Below, piece after piece: positions 26,325 through 34,267 of a stretch of DNA of 64,000 nt. Source of the DNA: Desulfobacterales bacterium. GTDB lineage: Bacteria; Desulfobacterota; Desulfobacteria; Desulfobacterales; JAHEIW01. The notes beneath the pieces were generated by a model. The model worked only from the letters and a program-made list of their open reading frames with translations, was not told the DNA's origin and searched no databases. Where the stretch lies: contig JASFNW010000003.1 in NCBI GenBank assembly GCA_050116835.1, positions 6,483 through 70,482 on the forward strand. Direction: 5' to 3'. How positions within the stretch are numbered: the first letter of the stretch is position 1; each line of letters begins with the position of its first letter. A program made the translations under genes and the position numbers.

Positions 26325-26385
26325 TCGCGGCAAGATGCCGCTCCCACATCGATTTGTCAACAGTGGGAGTGGCTTCCAGCCAAGA
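26325..26385. repeat. inverted pair of REP-like elements (TCGCGG..GCCGCTCCCACA)
   Basis: TCGCGGCAAGATGCCGCTCCCACA lies at 26325-26348. The inverted copy CAGTGGGAGTGGCTTCCAGCCAAG lies at 26361-26384, and the related element spans about 26362-26385. The same element occurs at 30383-30406. Confidence 0.65.
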
Positions 26386-26600
26386 ATGATCAACTAGTTT
26401 GAAATAAGTTCACTCGAAAGTTGTCCGATACATATAAAGAATTTATATGGACCTTTGCAAGCAATAACCGGCAAAGATCTTGACATTGGCCTTTAATCCG
26501 AATATGTGAATTAAGGATATACTTGGATTAACCAGAAATTACAAATAAACACACCAGATCTATGGTGACCTACCATTCAACTTAAAAAAAGGAGGTGCAA

Positions 26601-28343
26601 ATGGACCAGATTCTAAGAATCAATATGGGTGCAGACGGTGGACCGGCGGTTAAAACCGAACCGCCGGGCGACTATGCCGGCGCGGGCGGCCGCGGACTGA
26701 CGTCGGCTATCGTCTCAAAGGAGGTTCCTCCGTTGTGCCACCCGCTGGGAGAAGACAACAAGCTGGTTATCGCACCGGGGCTGTTAAGCGGCTCCACGGC
26801 AGCGATGTCCGGCCGTTTGTCGGTAGGATGTAAAAGCCCGCTGACCGGCGGCATCAAGGAAGCCAACGCCGGCGGACAACCGTCACAGATGCTCGGCCGT
26901 TTGGGTTATGCCGCTATCGTGCTCGAAGGCAAACCCAAGGCTGACACAATGTATAAAATTTTAATCAACAAAGACGGGGTCGATATCCAGGAAGCCAGTG
27001 ACCTGTGCATGCTCGGAAATTACGACCTCGTCGACAGAATGAAGGCCGAATATGGTGATAAAATCAGCTGCATATCCATCGGACCGGCCGGCGAAATGAA
27101 ATTGGCTGGCGCTTCAGTGGCCTGTACCGATATGGAACTCAGACCTACCCGCCATGCCGGTCGCGGTGGTGTCGGGGCGGTTATGGGCGCAAAAGGCGTC
27201 AAGGTGATCGTCATTGACGATGCCGGAATGAAGATGAGGCCACCCAAAGATCCCGAAAAATTCAAAGAAGCCAACAAAGAGTGGGTCGCCGGCCTGAAAA
27301 AACACCCGGTCAGCGGTGAGGGACTGCCTGCATACGGCACCAATGTGCTGACAAACGTCATTAACGAAGCCGGTGCGTATCCCACTAAAAATTTCATGTG
27401 GGGCCGCTTCGACACCTGTGATAAGATCAGTGGGGAAACTCAGGCGGCGCTGGAGGAAGAGCGCGGCGGCAAAGGTGCCGCAACCCATGGTTGCCACCGG
27501 GGCTGTATCATCCGCTGCTCCGGTACCTTCTTGAACAAAGACGGCCAGTACCTGACCAAACAACCCGAATATGAGACCGTCTGGGCCCACGGCGGAAACT
27601 GCGGCATTGACGATATAGATGCTATTGCCATGCTGGATCGACTTGATGATGATTATGGACTGGATACGATTGAAATGGGCGCCACCATTGCAGTTGCCAT
27701 GGAGGCAGGTGTGGCTGAATTCGGCGATGCCGAAGCCGCTATAAACCTCGTAAAGGAAGTTGGCAAGGGAACCCCTCTGGGACGAATTCTGGGCAGCGGC
27801 GCTGCCGTAACCGGCAAGGTTTTCGGCGTCGAGAGGGTCCCGGTTGTAAAAGGACAGTCCATGCCGGCTTACGATCCCCGCGGTGTTCAGGGCATCGGCG
27901 TAACCTACGCCACCACTACCATGGGCGCAGATCATACGGCGGGCTATGCAGTGGCATCCAATATCATGGGGGTTGGCGGAAGTGTGGATCCGTTGAAACC
28001 GGAAGGTCAAATTGAGCTTTCGCGAAACCTTCAGATAGCCACGGCCGCTGTTGACGCGACCGGTATGTGCCTGTTCGTTGCATTTCCGGTGCTCGATCAA
28101 CCGGAAACGTTTCAGGCCCTGATCGATATGATTAATGCTTTTTACGGGTTAAGCCTGACAGCCGACGACGTTACCGAATTGGGCAAATCGATTCTGAAGA
28201 ATGAACGCGAATTTAATCTCGCGGCCGGATTAACTGCTAAAGACGATAGGTTGCCCGAGTACTTTAAGAAAGAAAAATTGCCGCCTCATGACATCACTTT
28301 CGAGGTGAAAGATGAGGAACTGGATCAGGTATTTAACTGGTAA
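26601..28343 (+). CDS. aor: tungsten-type aldehyde:ferredoxin oxidoreductase
   Basis: Has a typical AOR N-terminus (RINMG..., GGRGL, SPLTGG) and the Cys motif HGCHRGCIIRC. ATG 26601 follows a GGAGG SD. Confidence 0.9.
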   Translation: MDQILRINMGADGGPAVKTEPPGDYAGAGGRGLTSAIVSKEVPPLCHPLGEDNKLVIAPGLLSGSTAAMSGRLSVGCKSPLTGGIKEANAGGQPSQMLGRLGYAAIVLEGKPKADTMYKILINKDGVDIQEASDLCMLGNYDLVDRMKAEYGDKISCISIGPAGEMKLAGASVACTDMELRPTRHAGRGGVGAVMGAKGVKVIVIDDAGMKMRPPKDPEKFKEANKEWVAGLKKHPVSGEGLPAYGTNVLTNVINEAGAYPTKNFMWGRFDTCDKISGETQAALEEERGGKGAATHGCHRGCIIRCSGTFLNKDGQYLTKQPEYETVWAHGGNCGIDDIDAIAMLDRLDDDYGLDTIEMGATIAVAMEAGVAEFGDAEAAINLVKEVGKGTPLGRILGSGAAVTGKVFGVERVPVVKGQSMPAYDPRGVQGIGVTYATTTMGADHTAGYAVASNIMGVGGSVDPLKPEGQIELSRNLQIATAAVDATGMCLFVAFPVLDQPETFQALIDMINAFYGLSLTADDVTELGKSILKNEREFNLAAGLTAKDDRLPEYFKKEKLPPHDITFEVKDEELDQVFNW

Positions 28344-28368
28344 ATGAACAATGTGGGTTTTCTCGAAT

Positions 28369-28400
28369 GGGGAGTCCCCTTCTGGGTCTCCCCATTTTTT
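28369..28400 (+). terminator. Rho-independent terminator after aor
   Basis: A GGGGAG/CTCCCC stem is followed by a T6 run. Confidence 0.7.
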
Positions 28401-28477
28401 CTGTTTATTTTTGTGCGATCATATGGTCGCTATTTTTACGTGACGATTTCAAACGCACTGGAGCTCGATATTGAACA

Positions 28478-29095
28478 ATGGACATCAATGATCCAAAACT
28501 ACCAAATCTTCGGCTTGTCGTGAAAGCCGATCTGATTCCACGATTCTCAAAATTGCTGGCTTCCGGTTTCAGAATGAACATTGAGACCGGTCGCAGCATC
28601 AAAGAATTGTTTTGTGGCCCGTTCGGCATTGCTGAAGACTACTTTGATAATCGAATCCAGACGGTCTTCTTAGATGGTAAGGCAGTCGATAATGTTGATA
28701 CCGCTTGGGTCAAAGATGGCTCCAGGGTGGCGCTATCGGCCGCCATGCCCGGACTGGTGGGCGCAACTTTTCGCAAGGGGGGCCGCTATGCGCCTTTCCG
28801 CGGCTCGATATCCTACTTGGCATCAAAGAATGCCGATGCAGGGGGCAAGGGTGTCATAACACTGAAATTTTTTAACATGATCGCAAAAGAGCTGGGACCA
28901 GCGTTTATGCAGAAAGGTGTGATCATTGAAGGCAAACGCTTTCATGAATTTGTGCTGCAAAACTCGGTGGATCTAAGAGCCGCCTGCCGCGCAATTTATC
29001 TAAATGAAGAAAAAACAGGCGTTGACGGGTTATTAGAGCGGAACTGGGAGAATAGGGATATTTTTTTAACGGTTGCACCTGAGCAGAAATCTTAA
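28478..29095 (+). CDS. hypothetical protein (205 aa) adjacent to aor
   Basis: A long ORF with no antisense competitor and its own terminator. No family was recognised. Confidence 0.6.
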   Translation: MDINDPKLPNLRLVVKADLIPRFSKLLASGFRMNIETGRSIKELFCGPFGIAEDYFDNRIQTVFLDGKAVDNVDTAWVKDGSRVALSAAMPGLVGATFRKGGRYAPFRGSISYLASKNADAGGKGVITLKFFNMIAKELGPAFMQKGVIIEGKRFHEFVLQNSVDLRAACRAIYLNEEKTGVDGLLERNWENRDIFLTVAPEQKS

Positions 29096-29119
29096 AAAAA
29101 GTTGCTTACAAATCACGCT

Positions 29120-29150
29120 AAAAAAGGCTGCCCGTATGGGCAGCCTTTTG
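29120..29150. terminator. bidirectional terminator between convergent genes
   Basis: AAAAAA-GGCTGCCC-GTAT-GGGCAGCC-TTTTG. Confidence 0.75.
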
Positions 29151-29180
29151 CGTTTGGATGATCGCCTGCACTTCTGAGCA

Positions 29181-30359
29181 TTAGTCACACAGCTCAAACA
29201 GGGCGGCTGCGCCCATACCGCCGCCGATACACATAGATTCAACGCCGTATTTTACCCCGCGCTGCTTCATATTGCTGAGCAGAGTGGCGCACAGCTTGGC
29301 GCCGGTGCAGCCCAGGGGATGCCCCAGGGCGATGGCGCCGCCGTGAATGTTGATGTTTTGCTGATCGATTCCAAGTTTATTAATACAGTAAAGAGCTTGC
29401 GAAGCAAAGGCCTCGTTGATTTCAAACAAATTAATATCTTTTAAGTCCATGCCGGTCAGTTTCATCAGTTTGGGGATCGCCAGCGCCGGTCCGATGCCCA
29501 TTTCATCCGGTTTGCAGCCCACGGTGGTATAGCCCTTAAACTTGGCAATCGGCTGGACACCCAGCGCTTCGACTTTGTTTTCACTCATAATAACACTGGC
29601 CGCCGCTCCGTCGGTCATCTGGGACGAGTTGCCGGCGGTCACCGAGCCGCCGGCGGCAAATACCGGATTCAGGCCGGCCAGCCCTTCCAGGGTCGTATCC
29701 TCCCGGATGCCGTCATCAAAATCCTGCAAAAAGGCTTCTTTTTTATAGGTCCCATCTTTTTGCGGAACGTAACGGGTGGCCGGGGTGGGCACAAGCTCTT
29801 TATACAACTTTTTGTTTTTGGCCTCGGCGGCTTTCATCTGGGATTGATAGGCAAATTCATCCTGGGCTTGGCGGGAGACATCGTAGCGGTTGGCCACGTT
29901 TTCAGCGGTAATGCCCATCGAAACATACAGGTCGGCCATTTTTTTAGTGTATTCCGGATGCGGCCGCGGCAGATTGCCGCCCATGGGGACATAGGTCATG
30001 GACTCCAGGCCGCCGCCGATGACGATATCCGACCAGCCGGCCATGACCCGCAAGGCGGATTGGGCAATGGCTTCCAGACCCGAAGCGCAGAAGCGGTTGA
30101 CGGTGGCCCCGGTCACAGCAACAGGGAATCCGGCAATCTGTGAGGCGATCCGCCCGATATTCAGTCCCTGCTCGGCCTCGGGAAACGAGCAGCCGATCAT
30201 GATGTCTTCGACATCTTTTTTTTCAAGCCCTTTGGTTTTGTCGACGGCCGCTTCCAAAATAAAAGTCAGCAAATCCTCCGGCCGGGTATCTTTAAAAGCG
30301 CCTTTGCTTCGTTTACACCCCGGTGTTCTAATCGATGTCACGATATAGGCATCTCTCAT
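29181..30359 (-). CDS. acetyl-CoA C-acyltransferase (thiolase)
   Basis: Contains thiolase motifs (NRFCASGL, GGGMG near the C-terminus). ATG 30359 lies 7 nt after an AGGAGGA SD. Confidence 0.9.
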   Translation of the reverse strand: MRDAYIVTSIRTPGCKRSKGAFKDTRPEDLLTFILEAAVDKTKGLEKKDVEDIMIGCSFPEAEQGLNIGRIASQIAGFPVAVTGATVNRFCASGLEAIAQSALRVMAGWSDIVIGGGLESMTYVPMGGNLPRPHPEYTKKMADLYVSMGITAENVANRYDVSRQAQDEFAYQSQMKAAEAKNKKLYKELVPTPATRYVPQKDGTYKKEAFLQDFDDGIREDTTLEGLAGLNPVFAAGGSVTAGNSSQMTDGAAASVIMSENKVEALGVQPIAKFKGYTTVGCKPDEMGIGPALAIPKLMKLTGMDLKDINLFEINEAFASQALYCINKLGIDQQNINIHGGAIALGHPLGCTGAKLCATLLSNMKQRGVKYGVESMCIGGGMGAAALFELCD

Positions 30360-30382
30360 GATCATTCCTCCTATTATGGCTT

Positions 30383-30406
30383 TCGCGGCTGGAAGCCGCT
30401 CCCACA
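30383..30406. repeat. REP-like element TCGCGGCTGGAAGCCGCTCCCACA
   Basis: Contains an internal GCGGCT/AGCCGC hairpin. It belongs to the same family as the pair at 26325-26385. Confidence 0.6.
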
Positions 30407-30503
30407 AAACGCAATATCCATTAACTCATTCCAATTTAATTTAATCAATTATGTTTTAACCATTAATTTTGTTAAGAAATGAGGGATTTTTTTGATCAGC
30501 AAG

Positions 30504-30563
30504 GCCGCACAAGGGTTTATGCCTGAGGCGTACTTACAGTACGTTGAAGGCATAAACCCGCGG
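30504..30563. repeat. nested hairpin element 3' of the FadB-like gene
   Basis: GGGTTTATGCCT (30513-30524) pairs with AGGCATAAACCC (30548-30559). An inner CGTAC/GTACG stem closes a TTACA loop. Confidence 0.55.
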
Positions 30564-30597
30564 AGAACACCGCCCATCGGAAAATTAGCCATTTCCA

Positions 30598-33003
30598 TTA
30601 ATTCCTGAGGGGTTTGCCGGTGGTGAGCATATGATCAATGCGCGCCAGCGTTTTTTCCTCTTTTAACAGGTCAATGAAAACTTCACGCTCCAAGGTCAGG
30701 ATCACATCTTCATCCACTTTGGCATTATCCCGCACGTCTCCGCCGCCGATCACATAGGCAATCTTTTTGGCCAGAAACGCATCATACTCGGATATAAACT
30801 TACCGCTGAGCATATTGGACACTTCCGCAGCGACCATTCCCTGGGCGGCCTGACCCAGGACTTTTACCGGGCGTTTTAGCGGCGGCGCATAGCCTTCGTC
30901 CACCATCTTCAAGACTTCCTTTTTAGCCTCGCCGATCAGATAGTCGCGATTAAAAACGATGCGATCACAGGGACCCAAAAAGCCGTTGGCGCGGGCATCG
31001 GCCGCCGAGGTCGTCACTTTGGCCATGGCGATCGCCATAAACACCGGGAGGAAAAATTTGGCCAGATCAAAATCGGTTACCACCGCGGGCAAAGCGCTCA
31101 TGCATTTTTTCATCAGGTTCAAGCAGCCGCCACCGGCCGGAATCAGGCCGACGCCGATTTCCACCTGCCCCATATACAGTTCGGCATGGGCGACAATCTT
31201 ATCCGCCGCCAGGCAAACCTCGCAGCCCCCGCCCAGTGTCAAGCCATAGGGCGCCGCCACGAACGGAAACGGCGCGTAGCGCAACTCCTGAAGACCGTAC
31301 TGTAAATTTTTAATCAGTGTATCGATATCCGCATAGCGATTGGCCTTGGCCGCTGTGCTCATGTCGGCCAGGTTGGCTCCGGCAGAAAAGGCGCCCGGCA
31401 TGCCGCCGGCCTGGTTGCCGATGACCAGTCCGATTCCCTCGCGATCGACAAATTCTCTGGCAGAATGAAGCGCTTCGACAATTTGCTGATTCAATGAATT
31501 CATTTTGGTGTGAAACTCGAGACCGAAAACCCCGTCGTCAAGGTCGATCAGGGATGCGGATTCAGAGTTTTGAACGACCTTATTCTGCGCCTTCAAAGCG
31601 GCCAGGGAAATGATATTGGGGCTGACCACCTTTTCCTGATAACTTTCGGATTCAAAATCGTAGAAAAACACGGCGCCGTTTTCCATTTTGTAAAAAGCGG
31701 TGTGTCCGGCCGCGAGCATCTTCTTCACTTTTGGCGGCACCTTAAATCCATCCGCTTCCATACGGGCAGCCGATTTTTGCAGACCGATGGCATCCCAGGT
31801 TTCAAACGGCCCCATCTCCAGATTGAATCCCCAGCGCATGGCATTGTCAATCTCCACGATGGTCTCGGCAATTTCCGGAATTCGGTTGGCTGCATAGATC
31901 AGGTTGTTGGCCACCGCTTTCCAGGCAAAACGGGCGCCCCTGTCTTCGCCATAGATAACAGCCTTCATCTTTTCGGGTAAAGTGGCGGCTTTTTGGGCTT
32001 CCGCCAAACACGGCAAATCCACCGGTTGGGCCTCTTCGTACTCAAATGTTTCCGGATTCAGGACTTTGCGGATTTTTTGCCAGTCCGGTGTCAGTTCGGT
32101 TTTATAGAAGCCGCTCTGACTCTTTTTGCCCAGCAGGTTCTTTTCGATCATGGTATTCACAAATTCCGGCAGGACAAAGCTGTCCCGATCCTCATCATGG
32201 GCAATCAGCTCGTAGGTATTTTTCGCCACATGCGCCAGGGTATCCAGACCAACGATATCGGCCGTTTTAAACATTCCGGTGCGCGGTCGGCCCATGACCG
32301 GTCCAAAGAGGGCGTCCACCTCCGGAATGGATACTTCCTCATCGAGCATCAGCTGCATCACTTTGACCATGGCCTGCACGCCGATGCGATTGCCGACAAA
32401 ATTCGGCGTGTCCTTGGCCCAAACAATGCCCTTGCCCAGAATCCGTTCTCCAAAATCGGCCATAAAGTCCAGGATCTCAGGCAGGGTTTCTTCACCCGGT
32501 ATGATTTCCAACAACTTCATATAGCGCACCGGGTTAAAAAAATGGGTCCCCAAGAAATGCTGTTTAAAGGCCTTACCGCGACCTTTGGACATGGCTTTTA
32601 AGGGGATGCCGGACGTATTGGAGGAAACGATACTATCTTTTTTTCGTACCGGTTCGATGCGCTTAAACAGATCCTGCTTGATTTTTAAATTTTCGACGAC
32701 AACTTCAACGATCCAATCGCATTCGGCAATTTTGTCAAAATCATCCGCCAGGTTACCAATTGAAATGCGCTTGGCATCCTGGGGGGACATGAACAGAGCA
32801 GGTTTATTTGCCAGAGCCGCATCCAAACCGGCCTTAACGATGCGATTGCGGGCCACCGGATCATTTTTTTCTTCCTCTTTTAAGTCCGGGGGAACAATAT
32901 CCAGCAGTAGTGTTTTTATTCCGGTTCCGGCCAGCAGCGCGGCAATGCCGCCCCCCATAATTCCGGAACCGATCACTGCGGCCAATCTGATCTTCCTTGG
33001 CAT
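30598..33003 (-). CDS. bifunctional 3-hydroxyacyl-CoA dehydrogenase / enoyl-CoA hydratase (FadB/FadJ-like, HAD domain N-terminal)
   Basis: 801 aa with an N-terminal GSGIMGGGIA NAD fold and a C-terminal crotonase-fold segment. A GAGGAGGAGG SD lies upstream. Confidence 0.9.
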   Translation of the reverse strand: MPRKIRLAAVIGSGIMGGGIAALLAGTGIKTLLLDIVPPDLKEEEKNDPVARNRIVKAGLDAALANKPALFMSPQDAKRISIGNLADDFDKIAECDWIVEVVVENLKIKQDLFKRIEPVRKKDSIVSSNTSGIPLKAMSKGRGKAFKQHFLGTHFFNPVRYMKLLEIIPGEETLPEILDFMADFGERILGKGIVWAKDTPNFVGNRIGVQAMVKVMQLMLDEEVSIPEVDALFGPVMGRPRTGMFKTADIVGLDTLAHVAKNTYELIAHDEDRDSFVLPEFVNTMIEKNLLGKKSQSGFYKTELTPDWQKIRKVLNPETFEYEEAQPVDLPCLAEAQKAATLPEKMKAVIYGEDRGARFAWKAVANNLIYAANRIPEIAETIVEIDNAMRWGFNLEMGPFETWDAIGLQKSAARMEADGFKVPPKVKKMLAAGHTAFYKMENGAVFFYDFESESYQEKVVSPNIISLAALKAQNKVVQNSESASLIDLDDGVFGLEFHTKMNSLNQQIVEALHSAREFVDREGIGLVIGNQAGGMPGAFSAGANLADMSTAAKANRYADIDTLIKNLQYGLQELRYAPFPFVAAPYGLTLGGGCEVCLAADKIVAHAELYMGQVEIGVGLIPAGGGCLNLMKKCMSALPAVVTDFDLAKFFLPVFMAIAMAKVTTSAADARANGFLGPCDRIVFNRDYLIGEAKKEVLKMVDEGYAPPLKRPVKVLGQAAQGMVAAEVSNMLSGKFISEYDAFLAKKIAYVIGGGDVRDNAKVDEDVILTLEREVFIDLLKEEKTLARIDHMLTTGKPLRN

Positions 33004-33032
33004 GATGACCTCCTCCTCAGGTTAAAATAAAA

Positions 33033-33056
33033 AAATGAATGAATATTCATTCATTT
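33033..33056. promoter_or_regulatory. perfect 24-bp palindromic operator AAATGAATGAATATTCATTCATTT
   Basis: A perfect inverted repeat that overlaps the -10 of the predicted FadB-like promoter. The half-site pattern GAATGA-N4-TCATTC is repeated at 33212-33227. Confidence 0.65.
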
Positions 33057-33081
33057 AACAGATTTCGCAGACACCTGTCAA
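33053..33081 (-). promoter_or_regulatory. sigma70-like promoter of the beta-oxidation operon (TTGACA-17 nt-TTAAAT)
   Basis: On the minus strand, TTGACA lies at 33081-33076 and TTAAAT at 33058-33053, with a 17-nt spacer. Confidence 0.55.
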
Positions 33082-33211
33082 TAAAAACCTTAAAAACATG
33101 GCACGAAATATATGGATTTAATTTAAATGCTTATATATATTAAAAATATTTGATTATCCCATCAGAAATGGGCCATTTTCCAAAGCCAGCCCAAACCCCA
33201 TTCATGGATAT

Positions 33212-33227
33212 GAATGATTATTCATTC
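33212..33227. promoter_or_regulatory. second operator-like site GAATGATTATTCATTC
   Basis: Has the same half-sites as the 24-bp palindrome and lies about 170 nt further upstream. Confidence 0.45.
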
Positions 33228-33305
33228 CTTTAGCTTGGATTGGCACGGAACGGCCCCAGGCTGGAAATCCTAAAAAAATTTTCCCGCTGGAACACTCAGC
33301 ACGCG

Positions 33306-34262
33306 TTAATCGGCCTGAAATTGCTTGGGCCCGAAAAGCATAATCTTCTTTTGCTTGGGCGCTGATGGGACGGCTTCCGGCTGTGAAAGTTTCTCTGTTA
33401 CTTTGGCGGTCTTTTTGGATCGCTGATCCATGGGTTGGGTCGTTAGGCGTAACGTGGATGGAATATAGATCTCGTTTCCCACGAGCAGAAATTCAGGGTC
33501 AATATCAGGATTGGCAGCGGCAATCGCTTTTTTGTTGCTTGCACTGCCGGTGTACCATTTGGCAATATCTGATAATTTTTCGTCCGTTTGAGTGACCGTA
33601 TGGGCAAAATAGCCGGGCAACGTTCGAGCGACAACCTTGCGGGGTAATCGTTTTCTGGTTTTCATCATCTCCGGTGGAATTTGAATCCGATGGCCCAGCA
33701 CAATATGATTGGGATTTAAGTCTGGATTTGCCTTTGCCAGCGCTTTCCAGTTGCCATAATGCCCCGTGTACCACTTGGCAATCAAACTTAAGGTTTCACC
33801 GCGCCATCTCACCTGGTGAACAAAATAATGAACGCGGTGCTTGGCGGCAAAGGCTTCAGTGGGCGGTGTTTTCTTTTTAACCAGTTTTGCTGGAATTAAA
33901 ATTGGAGTATTCGCAGGGATGCGCTCGGGATTAAGCTTCGGATTTGCATGCGCCAGCTGCCTCCAATTTTCTGAATCGCCCGTGAACCATTCGGCAATGC
34001 CCGGCAGTGTCTCATGGGCCCATTGGGTTTGGTAAACCACATATTTCGAATTTTTAGGATAAGGCTCAAGAGCAGATGGTTCAGCGTCATCGGATGAAAA
34101 TTTGGCTTCCATCGTATGCCATTTTTTTTTGAACCAGCTTTTTGAATTTTCGTATTTTTGATTGAATTCCATTTCTTTGACCGTGGCACAACCAAACAAC
34201 AGCACCACAATCATCCCGCCGATCATGCCCCTGGTGACCATCTGTTTAATGAATGCGACCAT
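33306..34262 (-). CDS. LysM-repeat lipoprotein (three LysM domains)
   Basis: Has a lipobox LLFGC and three repeats of the form (E.L..IA.W(F/Y)TG....W..(L/I)A.ANP...P..(I/L)......I.IP). An AAGGAG SD lies inside the 3' end of the upstream gene. Confidence 0.85.
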   Translation of the reverse strand: MVAFIKQMVTRGMIGGMIVVLLFGCATVKEMEFNQKYENSKSWFKKKWHTMEAKFSSDDAEPSALEPYPKNSKYVVYQTQWAHETLPGIAEWFTGDSENWRQLAHANPKLNPERIPANTPILIPAKLVKKKTPPTEAFAAKHRVHYFVHQVRWRGETLSLIAKWYTGHYGNWKALAKANPDLNPNHIVLGHRIQIPPEMMKTRKRLPRKVVARTLPGYFAHTVTQTDEKLSDIAKWYTGSASNKKAIAAANPDIDPEFLLVGNEIYIPSTLRLTTQPMDQRSKKTAKVTEKLSQPEAVPSAPKQKKIMLFGPKQFQAD

Positions 34263-34267
34263 GAAAA

